Below are positions 13,053 to 24,251 of a DNA stretch of 64,000 nucleotides, one piece after another (the first letter of the stretch is position 1; each line of letters opens with the position of its first letter). The DNA is from Basidiobolus meristosporus CBS 931.73 (taxonomy: Eukaryota > Fungi > Basidiobolomycota). Below the pieces are notes generated by a model. It was given only the letters and a program-made list of their open reading frames with translations, searched no databases and was not told the DNA's origin. Location of the stretch: contig MCFE01000211.1 of the NCBI GenBank assembly GCA_002104905.1, positions 1 to 64,000 on the forward strand, given 5' to 3'. The translations under genes and the position numbers were made by a program.

Positions 13053-14246
13053 TTACAAGTGGATCAGGATATCGGGCAAGCAAACCACTGCATCGACCTT
13101 GATGCCAAGTATGTTCGCGTGTGCTTTGATTGTCTCGCAGTACTCTCTACGTCTACCCTCAACATCTTTGCCAAGACTCACATCGTTAATCACTCCGCCG
13201 ATGAGTCTTTTAGGGCTATTGTCACCTCCATGCACGTTGAGATCGACCTTGATGAGGTTGCCAAGACACACTACTGCATCAGCATCAATCCCCAGCAGTT
13301 GACGAACCTTGACTGCAATATCTTCACACCGGCTAACGTCTGAGCCATTCCACTCCTCATCTTGGCCTGTATGGTCGTCAGAAGTATTCGATACATCGGG
13401 GATACTAGGCGAGCCGCGAGTTAGATCCTCAGTCACTCCAGCTGGACTCCCTATTCTATCTGATCCTTTTGACCCATTAATCGACTTGTCCCCCGGTAGT
13501 CCTCCAGCAATATTCTTGACCGTGTCCCCGACCTTGTCACTTGCAGGCCCACTTGGTAATCCATTGTGAGGTCTGGATGTGCCACCAGCACCCAATCCAA
13601 TGCAGATGTTCGCATTGATGCCGAGGAGGTCGGCTTTTGCATCCACAAGGTTTCCATGACATCTATCATTGCCCGATAGATTTGTCTCATCTCCTGACGG
13701 CTGACCACCTGGCTTAGAGGTGTCGTTGTTTGCTGGTGTACCACTGGCATCGCCATCAGTGGAGTGGCTGCCACCCTCATTGTCGTTGGTCAGGTCACCA
13801 TCACCACCAGCTGGCGATCCAGTGTGTGATGGTTGCTCTGGATGGTCAGTCTTCTTGTCATCCCTCTGACCCTCTCCCTTCCTATTATCACCATCATCCC
13901 CTCTGATCCCTCCATTCCTATCTTCAGTGTACTCCCAATCCTCGTCACCATTGTCTGACCCATGCCTGTATCTATCGTCGGAATGCTCGCGTTGATACTC
14001 ACCTCGACGGTGTGAGTCGTACACGAGATTGCCATCAAACCTGTCACTGTGGCGGTAGTCTCTCTCATCCCTGTAGTCAACATCCCGATATCTTTCTCCC
14101 TGGCGGTCATAATCACTCCTGTCATTTCTTGGTCCGTGGCGATCACCTTCCTCAGCAAGAGAGTAATCTCTCTCAGCTACACTAGCAGCTGATATTAGCG
14201 AAGCAGCAGAAAGAATGAACAACAACTGGTACGAGGTAAAATGCAT
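13053..14246 (-). CDS. Secreted Cys-motif repeat protein, array copy 1 (397 aa)
   Basis: Signal peptide, D/R/Y-rich region, G/S/D/N linker, three C..L[LI]GI..C motifs; intronless. Confidence 0.9.
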   Translation of the reverse strand: MHFTSYQLLFILSAASLISAASVAERDYSLAEEGDRHGPRNDRSDYDRQGERYRDVDYRDERDYRHSDRFDGNLVYDSHRRGEYQREHSDDRYRHGSDNGDEDWEYTEDRNGGIRGDDGDNRKGEGQRDDKKTDHPEQPSHTGSPAGGDGDLTNDNEGGSHSTDGDASGTPANNDTSKPGGQPSGDETNLSGNDRCHGNLVDAKADLLGINANICIGLGAGGTSRPHNGLPSGPASDKVGDTVKNIAGGLPGDKSINGSKGSDRIGSPAGVTEDLTRGSPSIPDVSNTSDDHTGQDEEWNGSDVSRCEDIAVKVRQLLGIDADAVVCLGNLIKVDLNVHGGDNSPKRLIGGVINDVSLGKDVEGRRREYCETIKAHANILGIKVDAVVCLPDILIHL

Positions 14247-15025
14247 CGGTGGATGAAGGTTGGATTCTATCTTTAGTTACACACACAAGTTGGCTTTTTA
14301 GCAAGTTAATATCTATACGAAGAGAGAACTAGGGAGAGTACTTGTGCTGAATATTGGCATATAAATCTATCCTTTTTATAGCAATTATAGAATGTGCATT
14401 AACGCATTATCAAATCGGGACAAACTCGTGAAAATGGAGTCATAGTCCTTGATACATCTCCGATATCTTACTCATTTCTTGCGAAATCCTGCTTTCATAT
14501 TTATATTCAAGGGAGCACGCCCTCCAGGTTGTGAAATAAGATAATACGTTTTGATACATAATGATTATGATCCTGGCTTGTTACTTGTTGATCGAAGCTG
14601 AGCAGACGAATTTATGTACTACTTCGCTGGCCACCACATTCAATATCAATATTGTTTTGGCCTCACTAACTCAATATACAAGTGTTGACAACTGTTATTC
14701 AATCAAGTACTGGAAGCAAGTAATTCAATGTTATTAGGTCACCGACTCCTAAAATATATAGTTTATTGGATATATCCGTATTTTGAGAAGCAGGTAAATA
14801 TTACAGTCCTTGGGATACAATAACTTTATGCCTGAGCATCATAGGGCGTAATCTCTATACGATCCATTTTCTCAAATGCCTATGTAAATATTTGAGATGT
14901 CAGAATCGTGGTTATTTGCTCATACATCAGTCAACAGTTTATTAGACACTTTTCATTTGGAATGACAGGTATACATTTCGGAGGTGGGGATACAATAACT
15001 CTAGGCGGAAATGAATACCCAGGTA

Positions 15026-16216
15026 TTACAAGTGGATCAGGATATCGGGCAAGCAAACCACTGCATCTACCTTGATGCCAAGTATGCTCGCATGTGCTTT
15101 GATTGTCTCGCAGTACTCTTTACGTCTACCCTCAACATCTTTGCCAAGGCTCACATTGTCAATCACTCCGCCGATGAGTCTTTTAGGGCTATTGTCACCT
15201 CCATGCACGTTGAGATCGACCTTGATGAGGTTGCCAAGACACACTACTGCATCAGCATCAATCCCCAGCAGTTGACGAACCTTGACTGCAATGTCTTCAC
15301 ACCGGCTAACGTCTGAGCCATTCCACTCCCCATCCTGGCCTGTATGGTCGCCAGAAGTATTCGATACATCGGGGATACTAGGCGAGCCGCGATTTAGGTC
15401 CTCGGTCACTCCAGCAGGGCTACCTGGTCCATCCGATCCCTTTGACCCATTGATTGACCTGTCCATTGGTAGTCCTCCAACAATGTTCTTGACCGTGTCC
15501 CCGACCTTGTCACTTGCAGGCCCACTTGGTAATCCATCGTGAGGTCTGGATGTGCCACCAGCACCCAATCCAATGCAGATGTCCGCATTGATGCCGAGGA
15601 GGTCGGCTTTTGCATCCACAAGGTTTCCATGACATCTATCATTGCCCGATAGATTTGTCTCATCTCCTGACGGCTGACCACCTGGCTTGGAGGTGTCGTT
15701 GTTTGCTGGTGTACCACCGGCATCACCATCAGTGGAGTGGCTGCCACCCTCATTGTCATTGGTCAGGTCACCATCACCACCAGCTGGTGATCCAGTGTGT
15801 GGTGACTGCTCTGAGTGACCGGTCTTGTTGTCATCCCTTTGGCCCTCTTCATTTCTACCTTGATCTTTACCATCACTTCTTCTATAGCTGTCATCAGTGT
15901 ACTCCCAATCCTCATCCCCATTGCCTGGTCCATGTCTGTAATTATCCCCGGAGTGCTCATGTTGATACTCACCTCGGCGGTGTGAGTCGTATTCGAGATC
16001 ATCATCAAACCTGCCACTATGGCGGTAGTCTCTCTCATCCCTGTAGTCAACATCCCGATATCTTCCTCCCTGACGGTCATAGTCCCTCCAGTCATCTCTT
16101 GGCCCGTAGCGGTCACCCTCATTTGCAGGTGAGTAATCCCTCTCAGCAACACTAGCGGCTGAGATTACCGAAGCAGCAGAGAGAATGAACAACAACTGGT
16201 ATGAGGTGAAATGCAT
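15026..16216 (-). CDS. Secreted Cys-motif repeat protein, array copy 2 (396 aa)
   Basis: Paralogue of copy 1 with the same architecture. Confidence 0.9.
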   Translation of the reverse strand: MHFTSYQLLFILSAASVISAASVAERDYSPANEGDRYGPRDDWRDYDRQGGRYRDVDYRDERDYRHSGRFDDDLEYDSHRRGEYQHEHSGDNYRHGPGNGDEDWEYTDDSYRRSDGKDQGRNEEGQRDDNKTGHSEQSPHTGSPAGGDGDLTNDNEGGSHSTDGDAGGTPANNDTSKPGGQPSGDETNLSGNDRCHGNLVDAKADLLGINADICIGLGAGGTSRPHDGLPSGPASDKVGDTVKNIVGGLPMDRSINGSKGSDGPGSPAGVTEDLNRGSPSIPDVSNTSGDHTGQDGEWNGSDVSRCEDIAVKVRQLLGIDADAVVCLGNLIKVDLNVHGGDNSPKRLIGGVIDNVSLGKDVEGRRKEYCETIKAHASILGIKVDAVVCLPDILIHL

Positions 16217-16853
16217 CTGTATATGAAATTTTGGATTCTAACTGCAAGCTCTTTGTGGAATTAGCGTCTTTTAGGTAAGCGAATATCTAAATGGGGAAGA
16301 TAAAGATTTGTTGAGTCTTGTACTGATTCTTAACATGGTTCTCTTATTATATAGCGAATTTAGAGCTGCGCGTTTACGCAACGTCGATTCGGGGTTAAAT
16401 CATAGAAAAATTATGGTCCATTGAAACTCTCCGATAAATCGCTCGGCTATTACATTGACCTACTGCTATGGTTTACTGCGGGACTGTCAGTATACAATGG
16501 GAAAAGTATAAGAGTCCCGCAACATAAATTTGTGCACTAAACTCGACATCGTTATTCGAAGTAAAATACACCATATACTGATAAAATTTGAAGTGCATGC
16601 GCGCCTGATTTGGCAAACAAATTCTTGGAAACTTATTTGGTAAATGGCCGACTCCTTACCATCTTATTGTTATTAGCGTTGCCACTATGGCTTTTATGGT
16701 CAGATGACCAAAGCCCCATGTAAGATTATAGAGTATAAGAAATATCTTATAAATTGGTCAATTGTTTATTCGATGGATCATTATTCTGAGAAGCGGGTAT
16801 ATGTTGCTGTTGTAAGGATACAATATTTTTAAGTGGGAATGAATATTCGGGAA

Positions 16854-18044
16854 TTACAAGTGGATCAGGATATCGGGCAAGCAAACCACTGCATCTACCT
16901 TGATGCCAAGTATGCTCGCATGTGCTTTGATTGTCTCGCAGTACTCTCTACGTCTACCCTCAACATCTTTGCCAAGGCTCACATTGTCAATCACTCCGCC
17001 GATGAGTCTTTTAGGGCCATTGTCACCTCCATGCACGTTGAGATCGACCTTGATGAGATTGCCAAGACACACTACTGCATCAGCATCAATCCCCAGCAGT
17101 TGACGAACCTTGACTGCAATATCTTCACACCGGCTAACGTCTGAGCCATTCCACTCCCCATCCTGGCCTGTATGGTCGCCAGAAGTATTCGATACATCGG
17201 GGATACTAGGCGAGCCGCGATTTAGGTCCTCGGTCACTCCAGCAGGGCTACCTGGTCCATCCGATCCCTTTGACCCATTGATTGACTTGTTCATTGGTAG
17301 TCCTCCAGCAATATTCTTGACCGTGTCCCCGACCTTGTCACTTGCAGGCCCACTTGGTAATCCATCGTGAGGTCTGGATGTGCCACCAGCACCGAATCCA
17401 ATGCAGATGTCCGCATTGATGCCGAGGAGGTCGACCTTTCCATCCACAAGGTTTCCATGGCATCTATCATTGCCCGATAGATTTGTCTCATCTCCTGACG
17501 GCTGACCACCTGGCTTGGAGGTGTCGTTGTTTGCTGGTGTACCACTGGCATCACCATCAGTGGAGTGGCTGCCACCCTCATTGTCCTTGGTCAGGTCACC
17601 ATCACCACCAGCTGGTGATCCAGTGTGTGGTGGTTGCTCTGAATGGTCAGTCTTGCTGTCATTCCACTGGCCCTCTTCATTTCTCCCTTGGTTTTTGTCA
17701 TCATTTCTTCCATACCTGTCATCAGTGTACTCCCAATCCTCGTCACCATCGTCTGACCCATGTCTGTACCTATCCCCAGAGTGCTCACGTTGATACTCAC
17801 CTCGGCGGTGTGAGTCGTATTCGAGATCATCATCAAACCTGTCACTGTTACGGTAGTCTCTCTCATCGCTGTAGTCAACATCCCGATATCTTCCTCCCTG
17901 GCGGTTATAATCACTCCAGTCATTTCTTGGTCCATAGCGGTCACCCTCGTTTGCAGGAGAGTAATCTCTCTCAGCAACACTAGCAGCTGAGATTACTGAA
18001 GCAGCAGAGAGAGTTAACAGCAACCGATATGAAGAGAAATGCAT
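16854..18044 (-). CDS. Secreted Cys-motif repeat protein, array copy 3 (396 aa)
   Basis: Paralogue of copy 1 with the same architecture. Confidence 0.9.
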   Translation of the reverse strand: MHFSSYRLLLTLSAASVISAASVAERDYSPANEGDRYGPRNDWSDYNRQGGRYRDVDYSDERDYRNSDRFDDDLEYDSHRRGEYQREHSGDRYRHGSDDGDEDWEYTDDRYGRNDDKNQGRNEEGQWNDSKTDHSEQPPHTGSPAGGDGDLTKDNEGGSHSTDGDASGTPANNDTSKPGGQPSGDETNLSGNDRCHGNLVDGKVDLLGINADICIGFGAGGTSRPHDGLPSGPASDKVGDTVKNIAGGLPMNKSINGSKGSDGPGSPAGVTEDLNRGSPSIPDVSNTSGDHTGQDGEWNGSDVSRCEDIAVKVRQLLGIDADAVVCLGNLIKVDLNVHGGDNGPKRLIGGVIDNVSLGKDVEGRRREYCETIKAHASILGIKVDAVVCLPDILIHL

Positions 18045-18755
18045 TGGTGGGTAAAGCCTGGATTTTCACTGCTGTGATACTCTGAAATTAGCGTTCCTGG
18101 TGAAAAATCTCTATCAAGGGAAGAGACAGCTTTGATGACTTAAGTATTGAATTTCAACAAAGTTCTCCGCATTATATAGCAAGTCTTGGCCTGCGCGTTA
18201 ATGTAAGGTCAAATCGGGATTTATTCGTGAAAATGATACTATAAATGATGCTAAATCTCCCATTGCTTGCCCAATTATTGCAACATATCGAGGAATGAGC
18301 TTTTTGTTAAAGCACTGTTCTTCTCTCGTGACTATAATGTGAAAGGCACGTTCTAACATGGAAAGTTGTGTTTCTCCATTTACGTGCTGGCTATCGAATA
18401 AGCTCAAGTAATGCCTTCACTGTAACGCAACATCCCAGACTTATCCATGCCATGTTGGATTCTGGAGATATGTTAATTAAATGGGAATCGAATTTTCACT
18501 TACTATAAAAATGAATATTATCCAAAGTTGTACTATTGTAATTAGTGTTTAAACTGGTCTGGTGTCCGTAGCTTTAAAAGCAAAATATATAGTCCAAAGA
18601 GATGCCAATGGATATCCAGAAATAGGTATCAAGCTTACGAATTGGAGAGATATTTATTCCATGTGTTATAAAGAAAACTGAAGGGTATACAAAGTGGTGA
18701 ATGCATCGCCGTAACTCTAGTCTAAGCGTGGCAACTGGATGTAGGTAAAATAGTG

Positions 18756-19952
18756 CTACAAGTGGATTAGGATATCTGGCAAACAAACCACTGCATCTAC
18801 CTTGATGCCAAGTATGTTCGCATGTGCTTTGATTATCTCGCAGTACTCTCTATGTCTACCCTCAACATCTTTGCCAAGACCCACATTGTCAATCACTCCG
18901 CCGATGAGTCTTTTAGGGCCACTGTCACCTCCATGCACGTTGAGATCGACCTTGATGAGGTTGCCGAGACACACTACTGCATCAGCATCAATCCCCAGCA
19001 GTTGACGAACCTTGACTGCAATGTCTTCACACCGGCTGACGTCTAAGCCACTCCACTCCCCGTCCTGGCCTGTATGACTGCCGGAAGTATTCGATACATC
19101 AGGAACACCTGTCGAGCCGTGAGTTAGATCCTCAGTCACTCCAGCTAGACTCCCTGTTCTATCTGATCCTTTTGACCCGTTGATCGATTTGTCCCCTGGT
19201 AGTCCTCCAGCAATATTCTTGACCGTGTCCCCGACCTTTTCACTTGCAGGCCCACTTGGTAATCCATCGTGAGGTCTGGATGTGCCGCCAGCACCCAATC
19301 CAATGCAGATGTCCGCATTGATGCCGAGGAGGTCGACCTTTCCATCCACAAGGTTTCCATGACATCTATCATTGCCCGATAGATTTGTCTCATCTCCTGT
19401 CGGCTGACCACCTGGCTTAGAGGTGTCGTTGTTTGCTGGTGTACCACCGGCATCGCCATCAGTGGAGTGGCTGCCACCCTCATTGTCGTTGGTCAGGTCA
19501 CCATCACCACCAGCTGGTGATCCAGTGTGTGGATGTTGCTCTGAATGGTCAGTCTTGCTACCATCCCTCTGGCCCTCTCTCTTGCTATCATCATCACCAT
19601 CATCTCCTCTGATCCCTCTATTCCTGTCTTCAATGTACTCCCAGTCTTCGTCACCATTGTCTGACCCATGTCTGTACCTATCCACGAAGTGCTCACGTTG
19701 ATACTCACCTCGGCGGTGTGAGTCGTACTCGAGATTGTCATCAAACCTGTCACTGTGGCGGTAGTCTCTCTCATCCCTGTAGTCAACATCCTGATATCTT
19801 TCTCCCTGACGGTCATAATCACTCCAGTCATTTCTTGGTCCATAGCGGTCACCCTCGTTTGCAGGAGAGTAATCTCTCTCAGCAACACTAGCAGCTGAGA
19901 TTACCGAAGCAGCAGAGAGAATGAACAACAACTGGTATGAGGTGAAATGCAT
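18756..19952 (-). CDS. Secreted Cys-motif repeat protein, array copy 4 (398 aa)
   Basis: Paralogue of copy 1 with the same architecture. Confidence 0.9.
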   Translation of the reverse strand: MHFTSYQLLFILSAASVISAASVAERDYSPANEGDRYGPRNDWSDYDRQGERYQDVDYRDERDYRHSDRFDDNLEYDSHRRGEYQREHFVDRYRHGSDNGDEDWEYIEDRNRGIRGDDGDDDSKREGQRDGSKTDHSEQHPHTGSPAGGDGDLTNDNEGGSHSTDGDAGGTPANNDTSKPGGQPTGDETNLSGNDRCHGNLVDGKVDLLGINADICIGLGAGGTSRPHDGLPSGPASEKVGDTVKNIAGGLPGDKSINGSKGSDRTGSLAGVTEDLTHGSTGVPDVSNTSGSHTGQDGEWSGLDVSRCEDIAVKVRQLLGIDADAVVCLGNLIKVDLNVHGGDSGPKRLIGGVIDNVGLGKDVEGRHREYCEIIKAHANILGIKVDAVVCLPDILIHL

Positions 19953-20612
19953 CCGAGAGTATAAGTTGTTCGCTAATTACAGGTATGCTTCACGGCGGAT
20001 GTCTACTAAGATCTACTTAGAAATGATAAGAATCTGATGAATGTTGGTCACTTGCAGAAATTCCGCACTTTTTATAGCAACAGTGTTATGCACCATGGTG
20101 CAAGGTTTGATCGGGACTAGATAGCAATGATTCAACCACAATTCAGAATAAATCTCCATTATCCTGCACATTCATTGTATATTACTGCTGCTAGAACTCA
20201 TAAGAACCACACGTGTAAAATTGAAGTCTCTTCATAGTAAGTCAAAGAATGAACTTGGAAGAATGCTTAAATACAATGGAATATATATACCTTTATTCTG
20301 CCGACACTGAAGTAAATAAATCGATGATGCGATTATAGTAATAATTGGTTACTACTTTGCCAGATGCTGTTATTTATATTTGCTATCGCCTACAGCACTC
20401 ATTCCCCCGGTAGCTATAGGTTGTAGCATCACGAGGTATTTCGAAACATGAGCGATTTTCTCGGATACTGATGTATATATTTGAGATGTCAGAAACGTAG
20501 TTATTCGATTATATATCTGTTAGCAGTTTATTAGATGCTTATCCTTTAGTAGGATGGGTATTTGTTGCGGTAGTGGAATTCAATAACTCTAAGCGGGAAT
20601 GAACATCAGGTA

Positions 20613-21803
20613 CTACAAGTGAATCAGGATATCGGGCAAGCAAACCACTGCATCTACCTTGATGCCAAGTATGTTCGCGTGTGCTTTGATTGTCTCGCAG
20701 TACTCTCTACGTCTACCCTCAACATCTTTGCCAAGACCCACATTGTCAATCACTCCGCCGATGAGTCCTTTATGGCCATTGTCACCTCCACGCACATTGA
20801 GATCGACCTTGATGAGATTGCCAAGACACACTACTGCATCAGCATCAATCCCCAGCAGTTGACGAACCTTGACTGCAATATCTTCACACCGGCTAACGTC
20901 TGAGCCATTCCACTCCTCATCCTGGCCTGTATGGTCGTCAGAAGTATTCGATACATCGGGGATACTAGGCGAGCCGCGATTTAGGTCCTCGGTCACTCCA
21001 GCAGGGCTACCTGGTCCATCCGATCCCTTTGGCCCATTGATCGACCCATCCCCTGGTAGTACTCCAGCAATATTCTTGACCGTGTCCCCGACCTTGTCAC
21101 TTGCAGGCCCACTTGGTAATCCATCGTGAGGTCTGGATGTGCCACCAGCACCGAATCCAATGCAGATGTCCGCATTGATGCCGAGGAGGTCGACCTTTCC
21201 ATCCACAAGGTTTCCATGACATCTATCATTGCCCGATAGATTTGCCTCATCTCCTGTCGGCTGACCACCTGGCTTGGAGGCGTCGTTGTTTGACGGTGTG
21301 CTACTGGTACCACCACCAGTGGAGTGGCTGCCACCCTCATTGTCCTTGGTCAGGTCACCATCACCACCAGCTGGTGATCCGGTGCGTGGTAGTTGCTCTG
21401 AATGGTCAGTCTTGATGTCATTCCTCTGGCCCTCTTCATTTCTCCCTTGGTTTTTGTCATCATTTCTTCCATACCTGTCATCAGTGTACTCCCAATCCTC
21501 GTCACCATTGTCTGACCCATGTCTGTACCTATCGTCGGAGTGTTCGCGTTGATACTCACCTCGGCGGTGTGAGTCGTACTCGAGATCGTCATCATACCTG
21601 TCACTGTTACGGTAGTCTCTCTCATCCCTGTAGTCAGCATCCCGATATCTTCCTCCCTGGCGGTCATAATCACTCCAGTCATTTCTTGGTCCGTAGCGAT
21701 CACCCTCGTTTGCAGGTGAGTAATCCCTCTCAGCAACGCTAGCACCTGAGATTACCGAAGCAGCAGAGAGAATGAACAGCAACTGATACGAGGAGAAATG
21801 CAT
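20613..21803 (-). CDS. Secreted Cys-motif repeat protein, array copy 5 (396 aa)
   Basis: Paralogue of copy 1 with the same architecture. Confidence 0.9.
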   Translation of the reverse strand: MHFSSYQLLFILSAASVISGASVAERDYSPANEGDRYGPRNDWSDYDRQGGRYRDADYRDERDYRNSDRYDDDLEYDSHRRGEYQREHSDDRYRHGSDNGDEDWEYTDDRYGRNDDKNQGRNEEGQRNDIKTDHSEQLPRTGSPAGGDGDLTKDNEGGSHSTGGGTSSTPSNNDASKPGGQPTGDEANLSGNDRCHGNLVDGKVDLLGINADICIGFGAGGTSRPHDGLPSGPASDKVGDTVKNIAGVLPGDGSINGPKGSDGPGSPAGVTEDLNRGSPSIPDVSNTSDDHTGQDEEWNGSDVSRCEDIAVKVRQLLGIDADAVVCLGNLIKVDLNVRGGDNGHKGLIGGVIDNVGLGKDVEGRRREYCETIKAHANILGIKVDAVVCLPDILIHL

Positions 21804-22424
21804 TTTAGGGCTAAGACCGGATTGTAACTAGCAAATACTTTCTAGAATTGAGGTCTGTTGAGCTGATAAATCACTTTAAAGAGAAGTGAACTTTTGAAAT
21901 TTTGGTGCTCATCCCCTCCATGGTAATTCTAATTTTATAGTGAACCCTCATATGCACATTGACGCTAGGTCAGATCGGGGGTTATTCATATAAATGATAT
22001 TTTTAGTCTACTTTAATTTCCTATATTCTGCTCAGACATCGTACTGTTCGGATGCATTACCTCATTATTGTGGATCTACACTTCACCAAAGGTTGAACAA
22101 ATACACACACGATCTGTTGAAAGTCTGGAGATAAATATTCATGAGAAAACAATATGGTATTCATTACTTTACCAATCAATTAAATGCACATGATAAATTG
22201 CTAGATCGCGGCATTCTTTTTGTTTGATACTGTCTAGCATTTCCGACTGTAGCATTATCTTATATTCTGCCATTTTTCAAACACCAATAGAAGAGTACAC
22301 AACGTTAAAAAAAGTCGTCTTGTAATTGATTCCGTTTATTATTTAGAGTCCGATCATTCAGAGGGATGGGTATTCATTTCGAGGGGGGGTATAATAACTC
22401 TAGGCGGGAATGAACACCCAGGTA

Positions 22425-23618
22425 TTACAAGTGGATCAGGATATCGGGCAAGCAAACCACTGCATCTACCTTGATGCCAAGTATGTTCGCGTGTGCTTTG
22501 ATTGTCTCGCAGTACTCTCTACGTCTACCCTCAACATCTTTGCCAAGGCTCACATTGTCAATCACTCCACCAATAAGTCTTTTAGGGCTATTGTCACCTC
22601 CATGCACGTTGAGATCGACCTTGATGAGATTGCCAAGACACACTACTGCATCAGCATCAATCCCCAGCAGTTGACGAACCTTGACTGCAATATCTTCACA
22701 CCGGCTAACGTCTGAGCCATTCCACTCCCCATCCTGGCCTGTATGGTCGCCAGAAGTATTCGATACATCGGGGATACTAGGCGAGCCGCGATTTAGGTCC
22801 TCGGTCACTCCAGCAGGGCTACCTGGTCCATCCGATCCCTTTGACCCATTGATTGACTTGTCCATTGGTAGTCCTCCAGCAATGTTCTTGACCGTGTCCC
22901 CGACCTTGTCACTTGCAGGCCCACTTGGTAGTCCATCGTGAGGTCTGGATGTGCCACCAGCACCCAATCCAATGCAAATGTCCGCATTGATGCCGAGGAG
23001 GTCGACCTTTCCATCCACAAGGTTTCCATGACATCTATCATTGCCCGATAGATTTGTCTCATCTCCTGATGGCTGACCACCTAGCTTGGAGGTGTCGTTG
23101 TTTGACGGTGTGCCACTGGCATCACCATCAGTGGAGTGGCTGCCACCCTCATTGTCATTGGTCAGGTCACCATCACCACCAGCTGGTGATGCAGTGTGTG
23201 GTGGTTGCTCTGAATGGTCAGTCTTGTTGCTATCCCTCTGATCCTCGCCCTTCATATCATCAGCATCAATTCCTCTGATCCCTCCATCCCTATCTTCAGT
23301 GTACTCCCATTCCTCGTCACCATTGCCTGACCCATGTCTGTACCTATCCCCGAAGTGCTCACGTTGATACTCACCTCGGCGGTGTGAGTCGTACTCGAGA
23401 TCGTCATCAAACCTGTCACTGTGGCGGTAGTCTCTCTCATCCCTGTAGTCAACATCCTGATATCTTCCTTCCTGACGGTCATAATCCGTCCAGCCATTTC
23501 TTGGTCGGTAGTGGTCACCCTCCTCAACAAGAGAGTAATCTCTCTCAGCAACACTAGCAGCTGAGATTACCGAAGCAGCAGAGAGAATGAACAACAACTG
23601 GTATGAGGTGAAATGCAT
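22425..23618 (-). CDS. Secreted Cys-motif repeat protein, array copy 6 (397 aa)
   Basis: Paralogue of copy 1 with the same architecture. Confidence 0.9.
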   Translation of the reverse strand: MHFTSYQLLFILSAASVISAASVAERDYSLVEEGDHYRPRNGWTDYDRQEGRYQDVDYRDERDYRHSDRFDDDLEYDSHRRGEYQREHFGDRYRHGSGNGDEEWEYTEDRDGGIRGIDADDMKGEDQRDSNKTDHSEQPPHTASPAGGDGDLTNDNEGGSHSTDGDASGTPSNNDTSKLGGQPSGDETNLSGNDRCHGNLVDGKVDLLGINADICIGLGAGGTSRPHDGLPSGPASDKVGDTVKNIAGGLPMDKSINGSKGSDGPGSPAGVTEDLNRGSPSIPDVSNTSGDHTGQDGEWNGSDVSRCEDIAVKVRQLLGIDADAVVCLGNLIKVDLNVHGGDNSPKRLIGGVIDNVSLGKDVEGRRREYCETIKAHANILGIKVDAVVCLPDILIHL

Positions 23619-24251
23619 CCGAGAGTATAAGTTGTGCGCTAATTATAGGTAAGCTCTAAAGTGAATATCTACCAAAATCTGTCTAGAGAAGATATGAATC
23701 TGATGAATGTTCGTCACTTACAGGAATCCCACACCTTTTATAGCAACAGTGTTATGCACCATGGTGCAAGGTTTGATCGGAATGAGCTAGTAGAGATTAA
23801 ACGACAATCCAGTATAATTCTCCTTTACCCAGCTCAATCATTATAGTTTGCTGTTTCTACAATTCATAGTAAACATATGCGTCTCGTCAACATGTGAAAA
23901 AAGGCATTTGATATCGATTCAATGAATGATTTAGAAGAATATTTGACTACCCCGAACTATAAAGGGCTGCCATTTTTTGGCATTTTGATCATTTGACGCA
24001 TGCCTTAATTTGAGTAATAACTGGTTACTACTTTGTTGAGTACTTTCTTGTATATTTTAAACTACCAGTAGCACCCATTTCTATAGCAGTTACAAGGTGT
24101 ATTATCTATACGGGCTTTTTTCCCAGTAGCCTATGTACATATTTGAGATGTCAGAATCGTAGTTATTCGTTTATATATCTGTCAGCAGTTTATTGGATGC
24201 TTATCGTTTAGAATGACGGGTATACATTTCGGAGGTGGGGATACAATAACT

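Noticed and set aside
13053-14246. Hydrophobin or plant 8-Cys (HyPRP) assignment
   Set aside because: Only six Cys, no CC doublets, widely spaced; resemblance is limited to the LLGI-type loop
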